From Eledone cirrhosa (lineage: Eukaryota), in contig OZ024740.1 of NCBI GenBank assembly GCA_964016885.1, positions 176,142,001-176,206,000 of the forward strand: DNA of 64,000 nucleotides. Reading direction: 5' to 3'. Below the pieces are notes generated by a model. The model did no database searches. It saw nothing but the letters and a program-made list of their open reading frames with translations, and was not told where the DNA came from. The translations under genes were made by a program, and so were the position numbers. This document shows positions 13,650 through 27,266 of this stretch, in pieces; positions within the stretch are counted from its first letter, which is position 1; every line of letters starts with the position of its first letter.

Positions 13650-15320
13650 TTGTTTTGCGAGAATTCTTATCTGAAAACGTGTGTTGAAATAAATGTTATA
13701 TTTTGGGAGGGCTATGCTGCCAATGAAAACACATCACCTGTTGTTTTTCACTTCAATTTATTATCAATTCCCGGTGTGTTGGTTGGTTCTGTAACCGGAT
13801 GGTTGTTTATGCATTGTCAAAGCTGTTTCGTCACACATTCTGTGACCTCCTCAGTGACTAGGTTTTTATTTTGTGTCTCTCCCTTGTTCTGTCCAACACC
13901 ATCTTATTTTTGTGTGTGGTGTGCTGTGTCCTTAGTTTTTCATTGCGTTACATCCAGGTGCGTGTGTGTTTTTATTTATTTATTTATGTGTTTACTTACT
14001 TGTCATTAGTTGGTTGTTTGTTCTATCTGTGCGTGTCTGATTTGTTTTATTAGTTTGGTTTTCATGTGTCACTGTATGTCTTCATTTTGTCCTTAATTAC
14101 TAGTTGTGACGTTGCTATTCCACTCATGTTTTCTGTTTAATTTTGGTTGGAGTTCGTTTATGTTTGTCGCCTCTGTTATTTGTCTGAGCATTGCATCTTT
14201 TCTATGTGTGGATATAATTTTTATTTCTATGTTCTCCAGCGTGCCCCTATGATCTATTTTAGCATGCTGGTGGAGTACTGATGAGTTTTTCCCCATCTTG
14301 GAGTTCTCGCCAGTGTTCACTTATCATTTCTCTTATGCTACGGACTGTAGCTATTCATATTATGTTCTTATTCCTACACTGTCCCTCGGTACATCTTATG
14401 CTATATACTACGTTTATAGTTTTGCAGTTAGTTTGCAGGCTTAGCCTGCAGACTATGCATTTCCTATCAGTGCAGGGGCTTATTTGAAATTGATATGTTT
14501 TACTAATTAGGGTTTTTATGGGAATACCTGGTCTTTCAATTATCTTAATATTTAATTTGAGCTTGTCTGGAGCCCTTCTAAAGCTAGTCTGCCTCTAGGG
14601 GTTGTATTGGCGAACATTACACTCTGGTATTTATTGCTATCATACCTATAAATGGGGCAAGTCACATTTGCATCATTTTCTACAATCTTTGCCCATTTCG
14701 TCATGGCTTTTTTATATACCCCGATCTTGTCTCTCTGATGGCAGCCAGAGAACTGCATGCGGTGGATAAAGTGTCGTATGTGTTTCTCTAATTCTTTAGG
14801 ATTGCACAGGAGACGTTCGTCATCACTCTTACTAAGTTCGCAATCAATATATTGACTTTTATGTGATCCGAAGCAGCTAAGTTTCGGTGGATCAGGTACT
14901 TAGAGGTCATGGGTTTGCTATTGTACCAAACCCATGACCTCCAAGTGGTCCGAATGGAGGATTTGCGTTCCATTATTAATAGTTTCCAACCAGAATTCTG
15001 TGTCTAGTACGGGTAGTTGGGGTGTTTAGTTGGGTCGTCTATAGTAACTTTAAAACTCTAGTGGATGTAGTTAGCTATTTGCTGGATGCTTTCCATGGTG
15101 CTCTTCTCTAATTCCTGACTGTTCTCCTGTGGGGTGTTTTTACTACGATATTTATGTCATTTAGGTAGTGGGAGTAAATAGTCAGGATTATAAAATTTTC
15201 GTCTAAGCGTTCCTTAAGTCTTCTGTCTCACCATACCATAAAGAGGTTAGCTATCTCATCTGCAATGCTAGCGCCAATGGCTGCCCCCTCCTCTTGGGCA
15301 TATGTTTTGCTAAGGAACAT
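13650..15320 (-). mobile_element. Degenerate Penelope-like element, 5'-truncated
   Basis: GAAIGASIADEIANLFMVW.., ..HFIHRMQFSG.., GIY-YIG tail ..RQITEA.NINELQPKLNRKHEW; same family as 17441-19400. Confidence 0.8.
13816..13858 (-). ncRNA. Minimal type I hammerhead ribozyme, slightly decayed
   Basis: gtca CTGAGGA g gtcaca..tgtgac GAAA cagct t tgac, located 3' of the Penelope ORF. Confidence 0.55.
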
Positions 15321-15547
15321 ATGTTCAAGTTATACAAGGTGGCAGCTGCATCCTTACATCGTCAGCCACCTAACTGACGTGCAGCTTCGTGTATTTATGT
15401 GTTACTGCACATGTGAAGCCAGTTTGTGACAATATCGAATGATCCATCTATTGGTGAAAAAGTAACACAGCAAAACATCTATCTCTATCTATCTCTCCTT
15501 TCTCCCTCCCATCTTCTTTCTTTCTCGCCCCCCCCCCCATTCTCTCT

Positions 15548-15584
<37 letters not shown>

Positions 15585-15587
<3 letters not shown>

Positions 15588-16230
15588 GTTCGCTCTACAT
15601 GGCTGAATACAATAAATGTAATCTGAGTTTTTCGAATATTAATAATAATATTCGATTCGTTTGCAATTATGCAAACAAGCCTCATTTTTAAAGCTATGTC
15701 AGCAGAATAAGCCCTTCATTCTTGCTCTTGTGTTGGCAGGTAAACAGAACTGCAGACACTAATGTTTCTGGGTATTACTCTTCATCAGTACAGTTCACTG
15801 TTTACCTGCCAACTGTCAGAGCTAGTGAAAATATATTATATTTTCTAAAATATACAGTGACTGATCAGCCTGATTTGCATATTAGAAGACTAGCTTATCA
15901 GTCACATCTGCATATTAGCAGATCCACTGATCAGCCAGATTTGCATATTAGCAGACTGGCCAGTCAGTTTCCTGTATACGAGCGATCAATGGCCGGCTTT
16001 GCCATATTTAAAAAAAAAAAAAATTCGCTATACATGGCTGAACACAATAAATGTAATCTGAGTTTTTCGAATATTAATAATAATATTCGATTCGTTTGCA
16101 ATAATGCAAACAAACCTCATTTTTAAAGCCATGTCAGTGGATCTGCTAATATGCAGATCTGACTGATCATCAGTCTGCTAATATGCAAATCAGGCTGATC
16201 AGTCACTGTATATTTTAGAAAATGATATAA
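15585..16230. repeat. Partial tandem + inverted repeat (pseudo-LTR-like)
   Basis: About 15590-15705 recurs at about 16025-16140; about 15835-15930 recurs inverted at about 16130-16228; internal GATTTGCATATTAG subrepeats. Confidence 0.8.
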
Positions 16231-16867
16231 TTATACTTATTTATTTATTTAATTTTTAAGAATATGGAACTATTTATAATATTTAGATGAGAATTATAAT
16301 GTATTGTATTAAATTATAAACTATTAATTCATTAAAGCAATTACAACAATATAATATGTGAATGAAATATACACTGTATTTACATATACGAGTGGATATA
16401 TTTTTTCGCATTTATTTTAATACTATAAGTGTAGTTATAAATATAATGTATTGTAGTATGAGACATTATTATATATCGTTATTTAAAAAATAAATAATTA
16501 TGTATTACATAAATGATTATGCGTGAATAGACATAGAATTATAAATGAGCGTAATTTAGATCAAGCAATAATATATATGCATTTTATACATATACTTTAA
16601 GAATGTGAAAGTAATTATATGTTTAAAGTAAAGATGTATAGTATTATGCATAATCTATTATTGCATATGGTTAGTAATATAATATTTAAACATTTATGCA
16701 AGTTTAAATGTATCGTATATGTAAGCAAATAAATAAAAAAAAATAATATTTAGTAATTTAAGGAATGTTTACGATAGATATATAATATATATTGTTTCAA
16801 CTTATGTTTAATCCAATAATTAATTATAATTTGTATTATAATATAAGTAAAAAATTCATATAAGATT

Positions 16868-17380
16868 TCAGACCACCATATAGTAAATATGGTTTTGATA
16901 ATAGGTTTTTTCTATGTATAACTTTAAGAACATTTTAAAACAATTAAAAATATATATTGTACATAGGCAACTTATATAGACCACAATGTAGTAGTTTCTA
17001 TAAATTATAAATATTGTGAAATGTTCAGGTGAATCGATGCAAACAAGAATTAAATATTTCCTTTTTTTGTTAATAATATTAGCAGCATTGGTAATTATAT
17101 GAAAGATATCTTGACAAATTCTTGAGAGAGCCATATTTTGGTAAACTGGCGCATTCGATATTTTTCTCCGAGAGATTGAATAGTAAGTGTTATTGTCTTT
17201 TAGGGACCAAATTAATTGTGATAGTGAGGTTGAGAATTTTTTATCCGATCGTTTGAAAGATTGTTTATGATTATACCAACGCTCGTTAAGTTTTGAAGAA
17301 GTTGCTCCTATATAATTATATAATCTATCTCTATTGATATTATTGATATTAAAGATACTCCAGATAAACACTGTTGAATG
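16868..17380 (-). mobile_element. Penelope-type GIY-YIG endonuclease fragment
   Basis: YIGATSSKLNERWYNHKQSF..STSLSQLIWSLK. Confidence 0.7.
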
Positions 17381-17440
17381 CTTCTAATCTGTTATAAAAT
17401 TAACTTTGTTGAATAATCAACAAACCAAATAATTCATTGT

Positions 17441-19400
17441 TTATATATATATAAGAAGGTTGGCAACGTCACCAGCTATGCTGACGCCAATGGCTGCTCC
17501 CTCATTTTGGGTGTAGATCTTCTCGTTGAATTTGAATATGTGGCCTTTTAGGGTAGTTTTGATACTAGCCCCTATTGCATGTGCGACCATTTTTCTTACC
17601 TGATCATTGTTTTGGGGTGTCCGTATAGCTTTGGTCCACCCAATCCACCTTCCCATGGGAGACTTTTTTGCCATTGAGTTTATGGTGGGGGGATCTACCT
17701 CTTATACGTCTACTGGGGCAGAAACGTCTAAGGTCAGGGCTGTCTAGGTAGTCAGTGTCATAGGTAAGTTTAAGTAGGAGGCCCAGTTCGTCTGTGTCAA
17801 CGTCGCAGAACTCCACCTCACTCTCAATGATCATCTCCACACATTTTTCGTCAGCATAGCTGGTGACGTTGCCAAACTGTTTATGGTATGGTGGGAAAGG
17901 AGACTCAAAGATCTCCTTGATGAGAGCTCCATAGACCTCTTCATGTACTCTCGTTACGTAGACGACATCAATATAGTAATAAGGACATCCTCACAAGAGA
18001 GTACTGACAAGTTTGATTTAGAACGTAGCACAATGGAAAGCATCCAGCAGATAGCTAATTCAATACACCAGAGTATAACTGTAACTATCGACTACCATTC
18101 CAAACACCCTAACAATAGACTACATGTATTAGACACGGAACTCTGGATTAACACTATAGACGAGAGAGCCCAAATTCTCCACTCACACTATGCTAAACCC
18201 ATGGCCTCCAAATACCTGATACTCAAAAACTCAGCAATGTCCAGTAGTGCTAAGTTTAATATTCTGATCGCATTTGGTACGAGTGATGAAGAACGTGTCC
18301 TGCATGTGCGACCCAACAGAAATGGAAAGACACATCCAACACTTCATCAACCGCATGCAGTTCTCTGGCTACAACCAAAGAGACAGAATCAGAGTATTCG
18401 AAGGAGCCACGGAGAAGTATAAGACCCTCATAGAACTGGACATGAAAGGAATTTGCCTATTATACTGGAGCAAATCATGGAATAGCTTAGATAGGACTAG
18501 ACATAAGATAGGGAAAGCCACCTCGTGGTACGACACCCAGAGATACCAGAGTGTCATGTTCGTGAACGCTACCCTGGAGGGAAATTAGCTAACCAGTGTA
18601 GAAAGGCCCTGAGAAAGACCCACTTAAAGATTAAGGTGGTAGAAAAGCCAGGAACCACCATAAAATCCCTCATCAGCAAAACCTACCCTTTTAAGAAAAC
18701 CCACTGTACTAATAGGAAATGTATTATATGTAAAGTAACCCCCCGGATAAACTGTAAAACTAGAAACGTGGTCTATAGCATAAGATGTACAGAAGGTACT
18801 TGCAGAAACATGACAACAACATACATAGGCGAGACAGCTCGTAGCATAGGTGAAAGGATAGACCAACACTGGGGGGAACTAAAAAGACGAAAAAACTGTT
18901 CAGTACTATACGAACATGCCAGACAACAACGCGACGGTAACATAGACAACATAGAAATTTGAATAATATCTAAACATAGAAATGACCCAGCAGATAGGCA
19001 AATCAGAGAGGCCAGCGAAATAGAACTTAGAAGGCCAAGGCTAAACAGAAAAAATGAATGGAATAACAACACCCAAACAAACAACACTGACCTAAGAGAA
19101 GTATAAATAAATAAATAAATACATACACAAGCACAATAACAACAAACACATATAAACACTAGTAAGCTAAGATAGAATACAATAACCAATACACAGTCAC
19201 GCAAACACGAACACACATCAAACAAAACACTATACACACACGAAAACGCATGCACAGAGAAGACAAAATAAATAAATAAATAAATAAATAAACAGACTAA
19301 ATAAAGATGGCGTAAGCATACAATACAACGGGAGGAAACATAGCACCACTGACGAGTTTGCAGATGTGCAACGAAAGAACTTTGTTAGACTATATATATA
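17441..19400 (+). mobile_element. Degenerate Penelope-like element with inverted 5' segment
   Basis: + strand from 17849: IAGDVAKLFMVWW, YSRYVDD, Cys-rich linker, NVVYSIRC..YIGETARSIGERIDQH; the upstream RT part (17441-17848) is on the minus strand. Confidence 0.88.
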
Positions 19401-19647
19401 TATGTGTTTGTGTCTATATTGTACCTGTGTTTTTGACCGCTAGTCAGTCAATGTTAATATTGAGGACCGAATAAATTAAATTAACCGATATAAAAGACAC
19501 AGAAGCGTAAACCAACCAAACAGTGAGTGTGTTCTGTTATTAATTCTGGTAATATTATTACACAAATATGACCCTCCCCAAGTATAACAATATTTGATTC
19601 GACACACGATTTCATATCAAAAACCTCACAAAACTAATTAATCGCCG

Positions 19648-19714
<67 letters not shown>

Positions 19715-19720
<6 letters not shown>

Positions 19721-20560
19721 TATGTATACGTACATACATATATGTATACAGACGTACAGTAGTATGTATATAAATACATACATACACATACACACACATA
19801 TATGTACGTATGGGTTTACCGAACATTTATTATAATGTTCGAATTAAGCCGTACAGTGTTCGGCAATCATCGTTGCCCTTTTGTTCAACACACAAAGGAA
19901 CAATGAACTAGTTTCTAGCTTATTAGCTGTCATCAGCACCGTATACCTTCCTGTCAGTTGATTGAACGTTTGAAAGTATATACTTACCTTATGTATATTA
20001 ACGGCTGAACAGCCTAATTTGCATATCGAGTGAGTTAGTCCGCCGGGCGTACCGAAAACGATAAATGGAAAAAATGAAGTTTCATTTCTCACTCTTAGTA
20101 GGGCTGATACTTAAATATAAGTATCTATATGTTCATACATATATGTATACAGACGTACAATAGTATGTATATACATACATACACGCACACATATATATAT
20201 ATGTACGTATGGGTTTACCGAACATTTATTATAATGTTTGGTTTGTTTGTAAACAAACAGCCCGATTAAGCCGTACAGTGTTCGCATAGGGAAAGTATAT
20301 ACTTTCAAACGTTCAATCAACTGACAGGAATGTATACGGTGCTGATGACAGCTAATAAGCTAGAAACAAGTTCATCCTTCCTTTGTCAGTGTTGAACAAA
20401 AGGGCAACGATGGTTGCCGAACACTGTACGGCTTAATTTGGGCTGTTTGTTTACAAACAAACCGAACATTATAATAAATGTTCGGTAAACCCATACGTAC
20501 ATATATGTGTGCATGTATATATGTATGCACATACTACTGTACGTCTGTATACATATAAAC
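19715..20560. repeat. ~425-bp hammerhead-containing repeat family, inverted + direct copies
   Basis: Same unit as 22100-22610 and 33631-34030; orientation switches at about 20283. Confidence 0.85.
19901..19941 (-). ncRNA. Minimal type I hammerhead ribozyme
   Basis: cggtg CTGATGA cagct aata agcta GAAA ctag TT cattg. Confidence 0.7.
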
Positions 20561-22098
20561 CCCGAAGGTGCAGTTATTGAACACGCTGACCAACAAGTTT
20601 CTCTTTTTGCCGATGTTTTCGCAAATATCTTCAAGGAGGACGATGGCAGAGAACCTCCAAATCTAAACATGATCGCCCCGCCAATGCAGTCAGACCGGAG
20701 GAGGTGGAAAATTTGCTTTTGTCCTTAGATGTGAATAAGATGCATGGTCCAGACGGTCTACATCCAGCGATTTTGGGTGCAGTTGCACCCAACCTTGCTA
20801 AACCTCTAGCCACAGTATTCAACCTATCATTCGCTACCGGAGTTGTTCCTGCTGATTGTAAAGTAGCTATAATTTGCCCTATCTTTAAAAAAGGCGACAA
20901 AGAAGATCGGGGAACTACAGCCCCGTGAGCCTCACCTCAATCGTCTGTAAAGCCTTGGGATCTCTAATCAAGCGGGCAATTATGACTCATCTTGCGTCTT
21001 TCACCGCCTGCTCCTGCATAAGCTCAGCAACTATGGTCTCCATGATTCGATTATAAAATGGATTGGATCATTTCTTGAGGGTCGTACTTGCTGAGTTCGG
21101 ATCAATGGCAGTCTGTCATCGGAGGTGGGTGTAGGCAGCAGCGTTCCCCAGGGCTCTGTGCTGGGCCCAATTCTCTTCCTTCTATACATCAACGACATGC
21201 CGGACGTGATTGGTGGAAACGTGCTTCTATTTGCAGATGATGTGAAAATGGTAGCCCGTAGGAGTCCAGTCTCCAGCGCGCCTGCAGTTGGTCAATTGAC
21301 TGGGATTTATACTTCAATGTCGATAAGTATTGCTATATAGCAGTGGGTACACCTTATAACTCAGCTCTTACCTTCAACGGTGGCACTGCTCCTTTGAAGG
21401 AGGTTGAGGAGACTAAAGATCTTGGTCTGCTGGTCGACTCGTCCTTCAAACCATCAAAACATTGCATTCAAGCCGCAAACAAGGCAAGGAGCTCTCTTTT
21501 TCTTATTCGACGCTCCTTTGCCAAACTCACTCCAGAAATTTTCAGGCTTCTCTATGTCGCCCTCCTGAGACCGCACCTAGAATATGGCATCCAAGCATCA
21601 AACTCATATCTCACCCGGGATATCCATCACTTGGAGAGAGTTCAACGACTAGCGACTCGAATGATACAGGGTCTTCATGAGCTGCCCTACGAAAGCCGGC
21701 TGCAGAAGCTGAACCTCTTCTCCTTGGAGAGTCGACGGCTAAGAGGCGATCTCATTTTGGCTTACAATCTCTTCAATGGCCATTACGATTTCCCTCAAGA
21801 TCTCCTATACACTCCGGCACTTGAAAGGGGTCTAGGTGGACATGACAAAAAGCTGTTTCACCGCCGCTTTCGCCTAAATAGACAGAAAGCTGCTTTCTCG
21901 ATCCGCATCTCTGGACACTGGAATCGGCTTCCAGAAGAAGTAGTCAACGCGTCAACCACGCATCAATTGAAGGCGAAATTGGACCGGTGTTGGACCACTG
22001 TGTTTCTCACTGTATAAATTTTGCCCCCCTCCACTCCTTACATGGCATCTGAAACATCTATGTTTTAATTTCTGCCAAATATATTGAATTGAATTGAA
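20560..22098 (+). mobile_element. 5'-truncated CR1-clade LINE inserted into the HHR repeat
   Basis: HGPDGLHP, PQGSVLGPILFLLYIND, FADD, RRLRGDLI, WNRLPEEVV; (ATTGA)n tail; internal deletions. Confidence 0.9.
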
Positions 22099-22099
22099 A

Positions 22100-22604
22100 A
22101 ATATATGTATATACGTATACATACTTATATTTAAGTATCAGCCGTGCTAAGAGTAAGAAATGAAACTTCATTTTTTCCATTTATCGTTTTCGGTACGCCT
22201 GGCGGACTAATTCACTCGATATGCAAATTAGGCTGCTCAGCCGTTAATATGCATAAGGAGAGTATATACTTTCAAACGTTCAATCAACTAACAGGAAGGT
22301 ATGCAGTGCTAATGACAGCTAATCAGCTAGAAACTAGTTCATCGTTCCTTTGTCAGTGTTGAACAAAAAGGCAACAATGGTTGTCGAACACTGTACGGCT
22401 TAATTCGGACTGTTTGTTTACAAACAAACCGAACATTATAATAAATGTTCGGTAAACCCATACGTACATATATATATATGTGTGCATGTATGTATGTATA
22501 TACATACTACTGTACGTCTGTATACACATATGTATGTACGTATACATACTTATATTTAAGTATCAGCCGTACTAAGAGTGAGAAAGGAAACTTCCTTTTT
22601 TTCC

Positions 22605-22610
<6 letters not shown>
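22100..22610 (+). repeat. ~425-bp hammerhead-containing repeat, about 1.2 units
   Basis: tacttatatttaagtatcagccg at 22122 and 22547 (period 425); HHR at 22304-22344 has a mutated core CTAATGA. Confidence 0.85.
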
Positions 22611-22646
<36 letters not shown>

Positions 22647-23225
22647 CTGTTTATTGTACGTGAGATACTAAAGTGTGTGAGAATAACTTTGTCTTTGTGT
22701 ATGAGCAGATGTGTATGTCCATCCCAATCGGCAGAGGATTGACGGAATATGTACGGAGTTCCCTCTCGGCATCATCAGATCCATGGATCAATATTTCTGA
22801 GTGGCCCCTTTGACAAGTCTTTTTTACCATAACATAGAGTCAACCAATAGCCTGTGAACGAAAGTGTCTGCAGAAACAGCCTGAAAGCTTTGTTACACAC
22901 TTTGTCAGGTTGATTGTGAGTGATGATTATATTTGGGATACGAATGTTTATGTGCTCAATCACATACTATATTATTTAAAGAACCGTTAATTCGTTTCAA
23001 CAAACAACTCTAATACTCATCATTGAATTCAGCGGTTACATATGTGTCTTACATATGTGTCTATCATATTGTGTATATAAGTGGTTTTTTGCATGTTTGC
23101 TTGAACATCAGATTTTAAGTACGTGTATGTATCATTTTGTGCGTTTGTGCTTATCTATACGTATATATGAATGGTAGAGAGACAGTGCTCATGTTTTTGC
23201 ACGTTTCTATGAGAGAGAGAGAGAG

Positions 23226-23259
<34 letters not shown>

Positions 23260-24099
23260 TATGTGAGAGAGAGGGAGAGAGAGAGACAACCTGTGTGTGT
23301 GTATGTTATCATCGTCATTGTTGTTGATGCTGTTGTAGATGATGATGCTGGTGGTGGTGGTGGTGAGGATGATGATAATAATGTTATTGTTATTTAGTAA
23401 GTCCATATCAGATATGATCAAGCACAGGTATTGTATTCATCATGTAATTAGTCGAACGACCAGCTAAGACCAGCTTATCAAATGTTCCAAACATACCATG
23501 CTTCAAGTTAGATGAAGACCATACGGAAAACTCTAACTTGCTATGTTTAACCGTATGGGTATTATGTTGCGGTCTCGGTATCCTCCCACTGTCAAGTCTA
23601 TCGCTGTACGTCTATTTATTTCGGTGATCACAACAGTGAAGGCGTGCGAGCTGAACTAAGTCAGAGTGGAAGAGTAGCTGTCCCTATGCATTTTCCACCA
23701 GTAGTGTGCATTCCAGCACATTTTGGGAGGAACAAGGATGCTTTTGAATCTGTAGATATGATAAAGGGTTGCAACGGCCCTATCAAAATGATTATACTTC
23801 TTATCTTAAGAGAGTACAAGACACCAAAATCAATCATGATATTAGTGGTGGTGCTGTTAAAGATGGTTATAACAGTTGGGACGATAGTAATTGAAAGAAG
23901 AATAGCATGAAACCTGCTGTTTCATATCCCACCTCAGTGATACTAATTTTCTGAACAATCATTAATGAGGTCTTAGTTTATCTAATACTTTTGAATATTG
24001 TCTTTTATAACATACACAATAAAGTGTTATCGTGTTACTTTGTGTGTATGCGTGTGTATACATTGCTGTTCGTGCAGTTGTACACAAGGCGGAAGATCA

Positions 24100-24135
<36 letters not shown>

Positions 24136-24614
24136 TGTGTGTGTATGTAAATGAATGAGAAAAACAAAATAGTTTTAATTGGTTTATCGCGGGGCGCAGC
24201 CCCAATACAGCCGCACCCTAGGCCTAGAGCCCACCACCCTCCCTCTTCCTCCTACCATTCTTCTGTGACCCTAGAATCTTAGCTCTTCCGTTTATTTTCC
24301 GTTTTTAAATATTTGTAGTGTTGTTATTTGAAATAGATTGTTTACAATTTTTAAAATATTTATTAATGAAACATATTTAGCTGATAGATGAAAACAGAGA
24401 GAAAAAGGTGTTCTAGTTTTTTTACACTTTTAGATGCAGACATGATTGGGAGCAGGTATTTCTGGACACAGGTAAGACTGGAGATAAATATAGCTGGACA
24501 TAGGTATGGATGGAAATAGGTATGGATGGATATATGTATGGCTGAATATATGTATGGCTGGAAATAAGTATGGGTGGATATATATATGGCTGAACATAAA
24601 TATGGGTAGACATA

Positions 24615-24781
24615 GGCATTGCTGGACATAGGTATAACTGGACACAGGTATGAATGACACTGGCATTGCTGGACATAGGTATAACTGGACACAGGTATGA
24701 ATGACACTGGCATTGCTGGACATAGGTATAACTGGACACGGGTATGAATGACACAGGCATTGCTGGACATAGGTATAACTG
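24615..24781. repeat. 47-bp minisatellite, about 3.5 copies
   Basis: Unit ggcattgctggacataggtataactggacacaggtatgaatgacact starts at 24615, 24662, 24709 and 24756; degenerate related repeats upstream. Confidence 0.95.
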
Positions 24782-24789
24782 AGTGATTC

Positions 24790-25600
24790 ACTTTACAATC
24801 ACCTGTCTCGGCTTCGATCCCACGCTGTGTCATATTGAGCTAATGTCCATAACATAATTTTCGATAGACACAAGCCTTGTGAATGAAATTGGGTAGACCG
24901 AATCTATGATGGAACCTATATTTCAAAGGTCCAATTTTGTCACAAACTGCGTCATGCTGATACAGTTGGTTGGGGAATTAGGGCACGGGTACAGATATAT
25001 GGTGAATACTCAGCCACTTACACGTTAAGTTACGAGTTGAACTTTCTGCTGCTGATCAGATATCTAAATGCTTATTGTGGATTTCGAGATTTGAAAATGA
25101 TGGCAAGTCATTTGTGAGATGATAATGACCGTTAATAATAAGACAACAGATAGTATTTAATTAAATTATCAAAATGGTAGTTTCTGTTTGTCTTAATGGA
25201 AGGGGGGGGGGGTAAAGGGAGGATACAGTCGGTGGAGGGGGTTTCCAACATCACGTCTGCAAACATATAGGAACATTTGAATCCTGCAGTGTTGGTTAAG
25301 AAAACTCTTGACTGGATTATACAATCCACTTACTACTTACATGTAGTCTCACCTTCGATTGTACAGCTTGGCATTTTGGTAAAGTAGCTTTACCATAGCC
25401 TCAGGTGAACCTAAGCCTTGTGAGGGAAATTGGGTTGACGGCAACTGTGTGGAAGCCTGTCGGATGAATTCTATCTGTAATTCAAATTTCTAAGCGCGCT
25501 ACAAATTATGTCACTCTGATACGGCATACGGCTTGAGAATTACTACAAAAACTCTCTTACAATGATAATTTAACCTGCAAGAAAGAACAGCCAACTCTCA
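24790..25600 (+). mobile_element. Two decayed copies of an older SINE-like family
   Basis: Shared block aagccttgtga..gaaattgggt.gac at about 24872 and 25413; B-box-like TTCGATCCC. Confidence 0.45.
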
Positions 25601-26355
25601 TTCAAATAATATCTCGCGAATCTTTACAAACATGCATTGAGTAATGCAACCAATTGTAAGCTATGCCGCAAAAAGTTGATGTTCACGGATGAAATTCATT
25701 TAAGCACAATCCTGCCTCCAAATAGAATTGATCTGGCCTTAAACACCGAAAGTACATGTAACACCTATCGTTTCCTCTCACTTAGATTATAATTCAGTCA
25801 TGACCATCTTCCAACGGCGAGCAAATGGCCACAATTCTCCTCCTCTAATTGCTGCTTTCATAATTACTTGTGATTTCGTTGTTGGGTGGTTAGCCCTGAC
25901 CATCGGAATAAATTTGAATCTATTGTCAGAATTTGAACACTGAATGCAAAGCGCCGCAACATGCCAGGAGGCATTCCATCCGACACTTTAACTATTCGAC
26001 CAATTCCTTCATCGTCTGGTTCTTTATTTTATAGACTCCGAATGGATGAAATGCAGAGTATATCGCGGTGTGATTTGAACTCAGAACGCAGAAACCCGAA
26101 TGAAATACTGCAAGTTATATTACCCGCCACCTTAACATGTTTACGTATCCGCTACCTTAACTATATTGTATGTTAAATGAGAAATTAGGTAATTTTTTTA
26201 AATGGTATATGTCAAAACTATTCAAAATATTTACATAAAAAGAAAGAAATATAAGAAATCTAATCGATGATTTAGAATCAATCAAATAGATTCAACAGCT
26301 TGAGGTGTCATATTTGAGTAACATCCAGACATGTGTATGTATGTATGTATGTATG

Positions 26356-26386
<31 letters not shown>

Positions 26387-26982
26387 GTTACACAAATATT
26401 TTAGTATATTTTAGCAGAGCAATCCTCATTTATATTTTACATTTACTTACATCTCAATATAACATGGCTAAAATTCAAATTTTGCAAATAGAAGAAAACG
26501 GTCAAATGAACTAGATACATCTCACTGTCCCCCACCACCACAATAACGTCTACACTCTCTCCCCACTATCACATGTCATTACCCTATCTAGACTAAAGTC
26601 ATCGACCTGTTGTCAAACTCTCTACTCTCTGTTGAATGTGTATATATATATGTATGTATATGTGTGTATATACATCACTCAGTCAAACGACCAGATTTCA
26701 ACCCCAACATCTACAACAACACCGGCACTAATGTTTACAGCAACAACAGCTTCAGAATGAACTGAAATGAACATTTACAACAACAACAACAACAGCGGCA
26801 TCAAAAGATAAAAAAAAAGAAAGGGAAGGGAAAAAAAAGGAAAACAACAACAACTCAAAATAACAAAACACACACACACACGCACACAACACAACAACAA
26901 CATCAACTGCCACGACCACCACCACTACCGCCACCGCCATCACCATCACCAGCGACCGGGCCTTAAGAAAACAACTTTAATA

Positions 26983-27135
26983 ATAATTTTTCTGCTTTTG
27001 GCACGGATCCAGCGACTGGCTCAGCGCATCACTGGTACTCTCTTTTGTTGACTCCGTGGGGATGAAAGGCAAGGTTGACCTTGGCGGGATTTGAACTCAG
27101 AGCGTGAAGGGCCGTGACTCTATGCTGTAAAGCAA
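26983..27135 (-). mobile_element. tRNA-derived SINE, diverged
   Basis: Reverse complement of the 1559 family core. Confidence 0.8.
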
Positions 27136-27235
27136 TTATAATAATACTGGACTGTAGTACGATCGGCTTCAACTATACAAACTCTTGAAAGTCAACAGTT
27201 GACATAATCTTGTAATCTTGTATCAGTAATGACGG

Positions 27236-27263
<28 letters not shown>

Positions 27264-27266
<3 letters not shown>

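Noticed and set aside
19844-20092. Recurrent ORF MRNETSFFPFIVFGTPGGL (also 22144 and 33777)
   Set aside because: Non-ATG starts, variable ends and no homology; recurrence is explained by the repeat family
24615-24781. CRISPR-like regular repeat
   Set aside because: Contiguous tandem units without unique spacers, eukaryotic context and no cas genes
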